From an uncultured Gammaproteobacteria bacterium (GTDB lineage Bacteria; Patescibacteriota; Patescibacteriia; CAYHVQ01), in contig CAYHVQ010000001.1 of the NCBI GenBank assembly GCA_964360435.1, forward strand, positions 1-63,496: DNA of 63,496 bases, in the 5' to 3' direction. Each line of letters opens with the position of its first letter. The first letter of the stretch is position 1. The translations under genes were made by a program, and so were the position numbers. The notes under the pieces were generated by a model. It was given only the letters and a program-made list of their open reading frames with translations. It searched no databases and was not told where the DNA came from. Of the stretch, positions 54,702-63,496 are shown piece by piece.

Positions 54702-55907
54702 ATGATCGTTGACGGTTTTCGTTTTTCTTGCTTTCATATAGACATGACACCAACACCAATCAAAAAAATTCTCACTCTTCCCCGCATCCAAATTGATCTT
54801 TTAGTTGCGATTATTTTATTACGCCGTTATGGTCGGGATGTTTTTCCGGGAATTGAGCACGCAACGCTCGAATTTCGGTCAACACCGCCGGAGGGAAAGA
54901 CACCAGAAGATGTTGAACGTCTCGGCATCCTTTTATTGGATTTGGGTGGCGGACGATTTGACCATCATGCCGCCACCGAAGAGCATGCCTCGGTAACGAC
55001 GTTGGTGGCAAGGACATTGGGGATTTTCGAAAATAAAGAACTGTCAAAGCTTTTTCAATTTGTCGAGCGCGACGAAGTGAAGGGACAGGGAATTATCTCG
55101 AAGGATCCGCTGGATCGCGCGTTCGGCCTTTCGGGATTGCTCATGAGTTTGAACTGGATCTATCAGGAAAACCCGGCTACGGTGGTGGATCTTTTGGTTC
55201 CGGTGCTGACGGCTCATATTGACGAGCAATATCGCCGCAATGTGTTGTTTCCTACGATTTACCAGGAGTTGCGAGAAAAAGGTGATGTCATTCTCAAGCA
55301 AATTCGGAACAACGGCCGCGTGCGAAAAGTGGCATTTCTCCGATCCGACGTGCAGGGGCTAGTTGGATTTTTGCGGGCGTATCGGAAAGTGGATGCGGAT
55401 TTGGTGGTGCAGTGTCATTCAAGCGGCCATACAAATCTTATTTCCAAGCAGACCCAGCGTCTTTTGCTCGGGCGCGTTGTGGTTCGATTGCGTTCGGAAG
55501 AGTTGCGGCTCAAAGGAAAAGATCTCACGTTGGTTCCCGAGGGAGAGCTTGAGCAGTCCGGCCGCATGAACGATGTTCCGGAGTGGTATTACGATACGGT
55601 GACCAACAGTATTCAAAATGGCGGTGTTGCATTGGATCAAGTTTCCGCCACGCAAATTCCATTTGAAAAAATGATCGAAATTGTGACGGCGGGCATGGAG
55701 GATCTTGCACAAGAGCAGGGAGCAAAACGCGAGCCGGTAGTTTCACGCCCAAGTATTGCGGTTGTTTCGTCAGCCGAGCCTGCAATGAAGTCCACAATTC
55801 CTCGAAAGCTAGAACCGGTTCCTGTAGTTGCATCCGCCGTCCGAGCCGTGCCTGCCGTGGAGCGTCCCGTAGCTCCTCCTTCGAGTGATGTGTTGAAGAT
55901 TGAATAA
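54702..55907 (+). CDS. hypothetical protein, MYG1/UPF0160-like (degenerate), low-GC relative of 23070-23882
   Basis: LLLDLGGGRFDHHA resembles the MYG1 VDVGG..(R)YDHHQ block as I recall it. The N-terminal H/D motif is not conserved. An alternative start is ATG 54744. Confidence 0.55.
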   Translation: MIVDGFRFSCFHIDMTPTPIKKILTLPRIQIDLLVAIILLRRYGRDVFPGIEHATLEFRSTPPEGKTPEDVERLGILLLDLGGGRFDHHAATEEHASVTTLVARTLGIFENKELSKLFQFVERDEVKGQGIISKDPLDRAFGLSGLLMSLNWIYQENPATVVDLLVPVLTAHIDEQYRRNVLFPTIYQELREKGDVILKQIRNNGRVRKVAFLRSDVQGLVGFLRAYRKVDADLVVQCHSSGHTNLISKQTQRLLLGRVVVRLRSEELRLKGKDLTLVPEGELEQSGRMNDVPEWYYDTVTNSIQNGGVALDQVSATQIPFEKMIEIVTAGMEDLAQEQGAKREPVVSRPSIAVVSSAEPAMKSTIPRKLEPVPVVASAVRAVPAVERPVAPPSSDVLKIE

Positions 55908-55922
55908 AGGATATCGTGGGTG

Positions 55923-55952
55923 GATCCGATCGCCTGCGGCGTTCGGGATGAC
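55923..55952. repeat. GTCATCC-hairpin family element (inverted orientation)
   Basis: gatccgatcgcctgcggcgttcgggatgac. Confidence 0.5.
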
Positions 55953-55989
55953 ATTACAGCTAAAACTAGCTAAATTTTTCATTTTCCCC

Positions 55990-56017
55990 TTGACAAAATT
56001 AGGGAATGTGTTATCTT
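55990..56017 (+). promoter_or_regulatory. candidate promoter
   Basis: TTGACA, 16-nt spacer, TATCTT. Confidence 0.3.
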
Positions 56018-56195
56018 TTTTCGTTACGCTTTGGGTGTAAATGTTGGGATTGTTGGGGGGTTGCGTAAGCATTTCTCGACGAAACCAGCCGCGCGCTCAC
56101 AGCGAGCACTTTCAACTCAAACAGTTCGAACGCCTGCGCACGTTTTTGTGTTGCGGGCATTTCCCCTACATCGTAGTAGGGAGAAAGGTAGAGAG

Positions 56196-57494
56196 ATGAA
56201 CGCTGGACTTCTCACCAGTCGCCCCGCGACCGTGCTCGACCCCCAGAATTACAAGGGGATCGCGATGGGCTACGCGCCGGACAACCGGTACATCGTGAGC
56301 GCATTCCTGGCGGCGTACGCCATGGCGAAGGCGTCCGAGCAGCTCCTCACGGAGTTCGTCGAGGCGGTTCCGATCTGGGTGTACAACCCAGATCAGCCGA
56401 ACGTCCCGCCCGGGGATTTCTACCCGGTTGGGGTCGGGACGGGGGACTACCACGACTACGAGAGAATCAAGACGCCCTTCTGCCTCGTCGCATCGCAGTT
56501 CTTGCTGGATTGCGACTGCGGTGACAGCGACGACGCTCGCGTGCTCCGGAAGTTCCGGGACGCGGTCGCCGCGGGCAAGCGCGCCGCGCCTGCCGGTTTC
56601 GACGGTCGCGACAACATCTGGCCGTTGCTCGGGTTTTTGCCCGGCAACTTGCCGATGATTCCCGCGTCCGAGTGGGTGCTGATCATCCGAGAGGCCTTCC
56701 GCGTGTTCGCGCACGCCCTGCTCGGGACGGAGCGGACCGAGGAGGAGCTCGCGTACGTGCAGGAGCTCTCCGCGCCCGCGCTCAAGATGTACGCGGCGCA
56801 CTGGACATCCGAAAACGTCAAGAACCCGCTCACGTGGGATGGCTACGCCTATCGGCAGATCCTTTACGGGGTCGCGCCGGAGAGCGTGCTCGAGCACGTC
56901 CGGTTCTGGACAGCGCTCGGCGAGCGGTCCCGCGAGGGATTCGCCCGTCAGCGCAAGGAGGCCGAGGAGAGCTTCCAGCGCGCGGCATCCGGACCCGTAG
57001 ACCTCGGGTTCGGCCAGAGCGTCGTGATCGTCCGGTCGAACACGGTCAACAACCAGTTCGGGCCGGAGGCGAGGAAGCGGGGAATTCCCCTGTTCATCGC
57101 CGCGCAGGACGGCGGTCGGCACCTCGTGATCCAGACGGATCGCGATCGGGGTATCAATCTCGGCGGCCTTCCGATGTGTCTCGTGACCCAGGGCTTCCCG
57201 GAGTTCGAGATCCGGGCCGACCAGTGGTCCGGGTCGGTGATCGTCGGCGGCACGCGGAGGCAGCCGCTCGAGCTCCGGGTCAGCCAGGGCGTGTACAACG
57301 TCGAGGCGGCGGTTCGCGCCCTCGGCGAGCTCGTGAAAATCGAGCATAACAAGAGGCGCATGGCCAAGCCCTCGCAGCCCGCGCGCCAGAACGGCCACGC
57401 CCCGGAGGAGAGCGACCCCAACCGCAACCTGCGGCGCCGCCACCAGAGCCGCCCGGCGTCCAACGGCGGCGGTAACGGCGGCAGGCAGCGGTAG
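56196..57494 (+). CDS. hypothetical protein (432 aa), GC-rich solo gene
   Basis: ATG after GGGAGAAAGG. High GC3. Basic Gly/Arg-rich C-terminal tail. Shares blocks with 61284-62585 (for example HVRFWTALGE versus EIKFWTRVCE). Confidence 0.6.
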   Translation: MNAGLLTSRPATVLDPQNYKGIAMGYAPDNRYIVSAFLAAYAMAKASEQLLTEFVEAVPIWVYNPDQPNVPPGDFYPVGVGTGDYHDYERIKTPFCLVASQFLLDCDCGDSDDARVLRKFRDAVAAGKRAAPAGFDGRDNIWPLLGFLPGNLPMIPASEWVLIIREAFRVFAHALLGTERTEEELAYVQELSAPALKMYAAHWTSENVKNPLTWDGYAYRQILYGVAPESVLEHVRFWTALGERSREGFARQRKEAEESFQRAASGPVDLGFGQSVVIVRSNTVNNQFGPEARKRGIPLFIAAQDGGRHLVIQTDRDRGINLGGLPMCLVTQGFPEFEIRADQWSGSVIVGGTRRQPLELRVSQGVYNVEAAVRALGELVKIEHNKRRMAKPSQPARQNGHAPEESDPNRNLRRRHQSRPASNGGGNGGRQR

Positions 57495-57568
57495 CCGCCC
57501 CCCAACCTTTCGAACATTGCCATCCGTCGCAATTTAGCGACCGATGAGCAGAACAGGAGTTGAAAGGG

Positions 57569-57606
57569 CCCCTCGTCAGCTTGCTGATGTAGGGGTTCTT
57601 TTTTTA
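57569..57606 (+). terminator. terminator-like hairpin
   Basis: cccct..agggg outer stem and tcag/ctga inner stem, then ttcttttttt. Confidence 0.45.
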
Positions 57607-57614
57607 GTGTGCAG

Positions 57615-57652
57615 GAGATTCTTCGTCCCGATCAATCGGGATTCAGAATGAC
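57615..57652. repeat. GTCATCC-hairpin family element (inverted orientation)
   Basis: gagattcttcgtcccgatcaatcgggattcagaatgac. Confidence 0.55.
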
Positions 57653-57717
57653 GTTGAAAAAAAGTATTTTCTCATATTCTTCAACTATGCTACAATGACC
57701 AAAAGAAAATTAACATC

Positions 57718-60700
57718 ATGATGATGCGGAAGACCCCTTGGACATTTTTTTTCTTTTTTTTCATTGGCGTCTTTCCTTCCGCGACCTTTGCCGCATTTGG
57801 AGACACAATAACGTGGGTTGGCGCACTCGTCGGCGGGGACGGCGGATCCCAAACCGAGGCGCAATTTGATCAGCCGCAGGATTGGGTGCGCGACGGCGAC
57901 ACATGGTATATCGCAGACAGCTCCAATCACGTCATCCGTAAAATTGATGGCAGCGGAATAGTATCGCGCGTGGCAGGAACGGGCGCGCTCGGCGACCAGG
58001 ACGGCGCGGCCTCGAACGCACAGTTTAAAAATCCATCCGCGATCACGCGGGACAGCAACGGCGATTTGTACATTGCCGACACCGGCAACCACAAAATCAA
58101 AAAAATTTCCGGAGGCCAAGTATCCACGCTCGTCAGCAGCGGACTAAGCAACCCGCGGGGATTGCGAATTTCCGGCGATACGCTTTACATTGCCGACACG
58201 GGAAATCACGCCATCAAGTCCGTGGCAAAAACCGGCGGGAGTGTCCGCACGATCGTCTCCACGTCCTTGAGTAGTCCCACCAAACTCGAACCTTCCGCCG
58301 ATGGCTCCGTGTTGTATGTTGCGGACACGGGGAATTACCGCGTTGCAAAAGTGACGGTCTCGAACGGCGCCATAGAGCTTCTCGCGGGTTCCGGAACGAA
58401 CGCCTATCGCGAAGGAACCGGATCGGGGGCAAGTTTCACCGTGATCGGCGGACTCAAACTCGACGGTTCGACGCTCTACGTTGTAGATGGCGACGGGTTT
58501 TTCGATCAGTTGAGCCGCGTCAATATCGTAACCGGTCAGGTTTCGCTCATCCGCAACGATCCGCAAATGATCACGATCAACACCGCGCGCGGGATCGAAC
58601 TTTACAACAACAATTACTACATTTTAAACGGCGGCTCGAGTCAGATTTACCGTATTCCGTTCAGCGACACCGGTATCGGAGAATGGGTTGCCGGCACCGC
58701 GCGATTCGGGAACAAAAACGGGAGCGGCGCCGAGGCGTGGGTTGGCCGTCCGTGGGATGTGGCGTTCAACCGCGATCGAACGACGCTCTATCTTTCGGAA
58801 AACAATAAACTTCGGCAGATTGACCGCGCGACTGCCGCGGTGTCCTCGCTTGTCGGATCAGATATTGATCATTACGTGGAGGGAACACGCACTGCGGCGC
58901 GGTTCAGCAATGTCATGGGCATTGCGCTCAACAGCACAGGCGATGCGCTGTATGTGGTGGATCGCAACAATCATCGGATTCGCAAAGTGGATCTTGCGTC
59001 TCAAACAACATCGCTCGTCTCCGGCGCCGGATTGACGAATTTCGGCGTGACCGGAACGAATGGCTATCAAGAAGGAGCGCGGTGTGAAACCGAGCAGACG
59101 GGTGTTGTGGGTTGCGCGTATTTCCAGCGGCCGACCGGGCTTGCAATCACCTCGGACGATCGTTTTCTCTATGTCGCGGACACCGGCAATAACCGCATCC
59201 GGCGCGTGCAGATTTCCAACGGCGAAACAACGCTCGTTGCCGGTTCGGGTACAGCGGGATTTACGAATGGCACGGGAAGCGCGGCGTCGTTTAAGAGTCC
59301 GTTCGGGCTCGCGCTCGACGCGTCCGAACAAAATCTTTTCGTTGCGGATCGGGATAATCACGCGATTCGCAAGATTCGATTGAGTACGGGCGAGGTGACG
59401 ACGGTCGCCGGAACGGGAAGTGCGGGATTTCGGGACGCGGTCGGCACTGGCGCGTATTTTTCCGTTCCGGAATTTTTGGAATACGACCCTGCGGGATTTT
59501 TGTACGTTTCGGAGGTCGGTGGCCAGCGGATCCGCGTCATTCAGCTTTCCAGTGGTTTGGTTTCCACGGTTGCTGGCGACGGCATCGCCGGATTTGTGGA
59601 CGGCAATCAAACGACAACGCGATGGAATAGTCCGACGGGAATGGCGCTGGATCCAGCCGAAGATCGTCTTTATGTGGCGGACGGGTCGAATGATCTCATT
59701 CGGCGCGTGGATGTTTCCGGAGACATTGTCCTTCCGGACGATCCGCCGACCGTGACGCGCCTTTCGCACACGAAGTTTGAAAAAGCTGGAAAGTCCACGG
59801 ACACGAAAATGATTGAGGTCGTGGGCACGGGGTTTCGCCATCCGGTTGCCGCAAAGTTTGGGCCATTCACCGTGGAGACGTTTTTAGGTAGCAGCACGTC
59901 CATGGCCGTTCGCATGCCGTTCGGACTCATGCCGCCAGGAACGTATGATGTCACGGTCATCAATCCCGACACGCAATATAATGTCTTGGAAAACGCGTTT
60001 CAGATTACGGACGGCGGGAAGGTTCCGGAGTCGCATTATACCGCGGACTCGACAATTCCAACGGGTATTGAACCGGCCGCGCAATCGTTTATGGCCTACG
60101 ACGCTCGTTTGCGCGGAGAGTTTTTTGTGGCGGCAGGAAATTTGGAAGGAGATAAGGCCGAGGAGATCGTGACCGGAACCGGCGTGCGGTTCGGCCCGCA
60201 TATTCGAACCTTCAGCCGATCTGGCGCAGTCCTCCGATCATTTTTCGCGTACAGTCCGCGATTGCGTTCTGGGATTCGGTTGGCGGTGGGAGATCTTGAG
60301 GGAGATGGTCTACGGGAGATTGTTACGGTCGCCGGTCCGTCCGGTCGCCCACATGTACAGGTGTTTAATGCTAGTGGTCGCCTGCTGACGCCGGGATTTT
60401 TTGCGCTGGATGGGAAGTTCTCCGGTGGTGCGTTCGTGGCCGTGGGAGATGTGAATGGGGACAAGAAAGATGAAATTGTCGTTTCGGCTGGCCGTGGCGG
60501 GAGTCCGCTTGTGACGATTCACAAGAAAGACGGAACGAAGATCGCGAGTTTCCTTGCCTATGACGCGGGTTCTCGCGGTGGAGTTCGTGTTGCAGTTGCG
60601 GATGTAGACGGCGACGGCGTGGACGAGATTCTCACTGTTCCGGATCGCGGAACGACGCATGTCCGGAGGTTTCGTTTGGAGGGATCACAAATCAAACTCG

Positions 60701-61002
60701 CGCATCCTGGATTTTTTGCTTTCTCCTCGGCGTTCAAGAACGGCGCTTCGGTCGCTGGCGCAGATCTTGATGGCGACGGCAATGATGAGATTGTGGTCGG
60801 CATGGGAGAGGGTAGCGCTCCGCATGTCCGCGTCTTTAGTCACACGGGAAAACAGGAAGATGACTTTTATGGCTTTGCGCCGGGATTTATGGGTGGGGTG
60901 AATGTCGCCAGTGGGGATGTGGATGGCGATGGCGTGGATGAGATTTTAGTGATCCCTCGTTCCGGCGGGAGCCCGAATGTTCGAGTGATCTCTCGCGAGT
61001 AA
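57718..61002 (+). CDS. giant secreted NHL-repeat / IPT-like / FG-GAP(VCBS)-repeat protein
   Basis: Signal peptide. At least 10 NHL-like units (ADTGNH.I.K..). C-terminal DLEGDG..EIV and DVDGDGVDEIL repeats. Confidence 0.75.
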   Translation: MMMRKTPWTFFFFFFIGVFPSATFAAFGDTITWVGALVGGDGGSQTEAQFDQPQDWVRDGDTWYIADSSNHVIRKIDGSGIVSRVAGTGALGDQDGAASNAQFKNPSAITRDSNGDLYIADTGNHKIKKISGGQVSTLVSSGLSNPRGLRISGDTLYIADTGNHAIKSVAKTGGSVRTIVSTSLSSPTKLEPSADGSVLYVADTGNYRVAKVTVSNGAIELLAGSGTNAYREGTGSGASFTVIGGLKLDGSTLYVVDGDGFFDQLSRVNIVTGQVSLIRNDPQMITINTARGIELYNNNYYILNGGSSQIYRIPFSDTGIGEWVAGTARFGNKNGSGAEAWVGRPWDVAFNRDRTTLYLSENNKLRQIDRATAAVSSLVGSDIDHYVEGTRTAARFSNVMGIALNSTGDALYVVDRNNHRIRKVDLASQTTSLVSGAGLTNFGVTGTNGYQEGARCETEQTGVVGCAYFQRPTGLAITSDDRFLYVADTGNNRIRRVQISNGETTLVAGSGTAGFTNGTGSAASFKSPFGLALDASEQNLFVADRDNHAIRKIRLSTGEVTTVAGTGSAGFRDAVGTGAYFSVPEFLEYDPAGFLYVSEVGGQRIRVIQLSSGLVSTVAGDGIAGFVDGNQTTTRWNSPTGMALDPAEDRLYVADGSNDLIRRVDVSGDIVLPDDPPTVTRLSHTKFEKAGKSTDTKMIEVVGTGFRHPVAAKFGPFTVETFLGSSTSMAVRMPFGLMPPGTYDVTVINPDTQYNVLENAFQITDGGKVPESHYTADSTIPTGIEPAAQSFMAYDARLRGEFFVAAGNLEGDKAEEIVTGTGVRFGPHIRTFSRSGAVLRSFFAYSPRLRSGIRLAVGDLEGDGLREIVTVAGPSGRPHVQVFNASGRLLTPGFFALDGKFSGGAFVAVGDVNGDKKDEIVVSAGRGGSPLVTIHKKDGTKIASFLAYDAGSRGGVRVAVADVDGDGVDEILTVPDRGTTHVRRFRLEGSQIKLAHPGFFAFSSAFKNGASVAGADLDGDGNDEIVVGMGEGSAPHVRVFSHTGKQEDDFYGFAPGFMGGVNVASGDVDGDGVDEILVIPRSGGSPNVRVISRE

Positions 61003-61040
61003 GGGCTATCCTGATGAAGGCCATGCACACGTTTAGGTTT

Positions 61041-61094
61041 ATTACAACATCTTCACATTGAAAAGGAAACCCCTCCCTGAGAGACTAAATCTCC
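61041..61094 (+). promoter_or_regulatory. about 54-bp conserved upstream motif, copy 2
   Basis: attacaacatcttcacattgaaaaggaaacccctccctgagagactaaatctcc. TTGACA lies 14 nt downstream. Confidence 0.4.
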
Positions 61095-61107
61095 TACCTT
61101 AGCGCGC

Positions 61108-61136
61108 TTGACAAATATTGAAGTCCATTGTAAAGT
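61108..61136 (+). promoter_or_regulatory. candidate promoter
   Basis: TTGACA, 17-nt spacer, TAAAGT. Confidence 0.3.
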
Positions 61137-61139
61137 GAT

Positions 61140-61173
61140 CTACCCTGAACTTGCAGGGTGGGTTTTGTTCTTC
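61140..61173 (+). terminator. terminator-like hairpin (for the NHL gene, or a 5' attenuator)
   Basis: accctg-aacttg-cagggt with flanking pairs, then ttttgttcttc. Confidence 0.45.
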
Positions 61174-61283
61174 ATAATAAAACAAACCGGTCACTCGCCA
61201 GTTTGACATCAGCGGTGATCGGCGACAGATCCTGCGAGCGGGGCAGGATCCCAATACGAATGTAGCCACAGGGAGGTGACGAA

Positions 61284-62585
61284 ATGGATCTCATCCACTC
61301 GATCCACCTGCCGCCGTGGCCGTCCTTCGCTGAAGTTGTGGCCGCCTATATCGCCCGGAAGCGGGCGGGATTGAGAGGGGATCATGAGGTTGGGATTCAG
61401 CGAATGTGGCCAGGCCAGGGATCGGCCGGAGAGACGAAGACGTTCGAAATCAACACCGGCGCGGCGCCGTGGGTTCCCGAGCGTGACGTCCTTCGGCGAA
61501 CTGCAGAGCGGGTCGGCATTGGGAACTTCCCGACCGACCATGAGCTCCTCTGGATGATTCGGGACGCAGAAGGTGTTCTGAGGGGAGATGTTGAACAGCG
61601 CTGGGAACAGCGCGAGCACAACCTCTTCGACGTGTTCGAGGAGGCGTGGTACTGGTGGGACATCGTGGAATCGGCGGCAGAAGAGGCGGGATTCGAGCTG
61701 GATGAGGATGGGTTTCTTGCGAAAGCGATCCTCCTCATTGACGCTTGGTTCCGTTCCTTGAGCCAACCTGCCCGAAGTCAAGATGCGGCAGAAGCGCTTG
61801 CTGCGCTTCAGGCCTTCCGGCGTCAGCTACCGATCTACCAGACGCCGGGGAACCTCCACTACTTTTTCACTCGGTTGCTTGCGGTCGGACATCGTCCGGA
61901 CACGGCAATCCGAGAGATCAAGTTTTGGACACGCGTCTGCGAGCAGGTGAACGCGCGTCGGGGCGCGCACGTTCGCCAGATCCGAGACTGGTTTGTCGCG
62001 CGGGGGAATCAGCGCTTGCTGCCCCGCGATCGTCCGCAGTATCATCCGATGGACACTCTAGGCATCCGTGTCTTCCGAGTTTGTCTGGATGCGGGCGAAC
62101 ATCACGTTCATCATCTGCCTGGTCATGCAGATGTCACGGACGCGTCAAGTCCGTGTCGGTTGGTTCTTTGTGCGATCGTCCGCACGGAGATCCCGGCAGC
62201 TGCCGAATTTTTGTCTACACGGGCAAATTGGCCCGCCTATGTCATCCATCCGGAGCGTGCGGCGGGTTTGGCTCCGGTGGAGTGGGAACGCTTTGATCTC
62301 GTGGTGGTCGAGGTCGAGGACGGCGCTGTCATTGCCGCGCGTCCCCAGGCAACGCTTGCGCTTGACGCTGTCGCGCGCGAGCTGAACTGGCGGGAGCCTG
62401 GTCAGTGGTTCTCACAAGGCTCTAATCAGCTCCGGTCGTACGCCACGCGCATTGACCGAAATGAGCTGATGAAGATCCTTCGGATGCGTCTTCCGAGACG
62501 CGAAATAGCCATCACTCGCGACCGCCGATCGGCGCGACCGAACATTGAGCACTGCATGATCACTGCCCCATGGGTAGGGGTTTGA
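61284..62585 (+). CDS. hypothetical protein (433 aa), GC-rich solo gene, distant paralog of 56196-57494
   Basis: ATG after GGGAGG; high GC3; no family recognised. Confidence 0.6.
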   Translation: MDLIHSIHLPPWPSFAEVVAAYIARKRAGLRGDHEVGIQRMWPGQGSAGETKTFEINTGAAPWVPERDVLRRTAERVGIGNFPTDHELLWMIRDAEGVLRGDVEQRWEQREHNLFDVFEEAWYWWDIVESAAEEAGFELDEDGFLAKAILLIDAWFRSLSQPARSQDAAEALAALQAFRRQLPIYQTPGNLHYFFTRLLAVGHRPDTAIREIKFWTRVCEQVNARRGAHVRQIRDWFVARGNQRLLPRDRPQYHPMDTLGIRVFRVCLDAGEHHVHHLPGHADVTDASSPCRLVLCAIVRTEIPAAAEFLSTRANWPAYVIHPERAAGLAPVEWERFDLVVVEVEDGAVIAARPQATLALDAVARELNWREPGQWFSQGSNQLRSYATRIDRNELMKILRMRLPRREIAITRDRRSARPNIEHCMITAPWVGV

Positions 62586-62589
62586 CAGA

Positions 62590-62623
62590 AGGGTCTCTCC
62601 AACACGAGACTCTCTTTTTTATT
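62590..62623 (+). terminator. intrinsic terminator
   Basis: aagggtctc/gagactct stem (8 bp including one G-U), then tttttt. Confidence 0.55.
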
Positions 62624-62661
62624 GTCAAAACACAAAAAATGCGCTACGCTTGTCATGAGGC

Positions 62662-62813
62662 CATCTCAAAAATACTCTTCTGCCCGGTTGGGCGTCCTGC
62701 GGCCTGCAAACACCCTCATCGCTCGTCGGAATATGGGGAATATTCCTCCTCACGCTTCGGGGTTTTCGGCTCGCATGCCATCTCAACCGCCACAAAGCTA
62801 TTTTTCAGATGAC
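62662..62813. repeat. about 150-bp element with terminal inverted repeats, copy 2
   Basis: catctcaaaaat...atttttcagatgac; see 47045-47194. Confidence 0.8.
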
Positions 62814-62819
62814 CTCCGT

Positions 62820-63496
62820 ATGAAGTTTACGATCTTGGGATCGGGGACGTGCGTTCCGCGCAAGGATGCGGGAACCGCAGGGTATCTCGTCCAAACCAAA
62901 AATAAAAATATTCTCATGGATGGAGGATCGGGGACATTAGATCGTCTCGCCAACACCCAAGTGAGTTATAAGGAGATTGATATGATGATTGTCAGTCACT
63001 TTCATCCGGATCATACGCTGACGATCCCGGCGCTTTGTCAATCGTTGAATTTTACGCCGCAGTATAATCGGACAAAGCCGCTGTTTTTGGCTGGCCCGCC
63101 CGGATTTAAAACATTTTGGGAGCAGATCAATGTTGTGTGGAATTGCGCACCTCGACCGGATACATACGAAATTAAAGTTTTTGAAATCAGCGGTCGCGCG
63201 GATTTTCAAGGTTTGGCGATCACAACACTGGTCTACCCCGAAGGCGTTCACTATGGCTCGTGCCAGGCGATCAAGATTGAGGAAGATGGGAAGTCGCTCG
63301 TGTATACCGGAGACATGGGGTACTGGGAGGGGATTGTGGATTTTGCACGCGGGTGCGATGTTCTGATTGCAGATTGTTCGTATCCGGTGAAAGATACACC
63401 CGGTCATCTCTCACTTCCTTCGGTTATGAAGTTGGCCGGAAAAATTCAGCCGCGGGCGGTGATCCTTTCGCACCTTTATTATCCGCGCAAAAAATA
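62820..63496 (+). CDS. MBL-fold hydrolase, RNase Z/BN-like (3' end outside window)
   Basis: Hand-translated MKFTILGSGTCVP.. with HFHPDH. It is not in the ORF track because no stop falls within the window. Confidence 0.75.
   Translation, partial: MKFTILGSGTCVPRKDAGTAGYLVQTKNKNILMDGGSGTLDRLANTQVSYKEIDMMIVSHFHPDHTLTIPALCQSLNFTPQYNRTKPLFLAGPPGFKTFWEQINVVWNCAPRPDTYEIKVFEISGRADFQGLAITTLVYPEGVHYGSCQAIKIEEDGKSLVYTGDMGYWEGIVDFARGCDVLIADCSYPVKDTPGHLSLPSVMKLAGKIQPRAVILSHLYYPRKK

Overview
This 63.5-kb bacterial window has a housekeeping backbone: ftsK, recA, efp, rpsR-ssb-rpsF, ychF, folD-glyA, bcp, elp3, murI, trpS, rnj, one tRNA-Leu(CAG), secG, uvrD and uvrC, plus two giant repeat-rich surface proteins. 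Sampled backbone lines counted by hand are about 33-52% G+C. The lineage cannot be determined here. The gene content and the abundant small palindromic repeats are reminiscent of small-genome uncultivated bacteria such as Patescibacteria/CPR. Three visibly GC-rich blocks are embedded in this backbone (63-68% G+C on two hand-counted lines). The main block runs from about 17.85 to 31.3 kb and encodes co-oriented genes with their own Shine-Dalgarno (SD) sites and terminators. These genes are: a P-loop protein fused to two Csx3-like modules; small zinc-ribbon segments interrupted by a frame switch and a stop; a DHH/MYG1-like protein; a RavA-like AAA+ and ViaA-like VWA pair; a 516-aa zinc-ribbon protein; an HD-like protein; and a 199-aa unknown. 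I see no cas genes, CRISPR array, integrase, transposase or phage structural genes. A near-consensus promoter lies upstream of the island and leads into about 1.4 kb of ORF-poor sequence that carries three tRNA T-arm-like hairpin modules. Nested inside the island is a low-GC vapBC cassette bracketed by 60-bp direct repeats. Two further GC-rich solo genes (56.2-57.5 kb and 61.3-62.6 kb) look like distant paralogs of each other. I regard the island plus its tRNA-like leader as the best candidate for an undescribed system, either conflict/defence or RNA-end processing/repair, but that is inference from motifs I recognise by eye. Other observations: an 8-bp tandem duplication splits a large ORF; several repeat families are present; an Elp3/Trm9-like pair is divergently arranged; and MurI has Ser in place of its second catalytic Cys. 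No rRNA genes are present. All hairpin and repeat coordinates were derived by hand and may be off by 1-3 nt.
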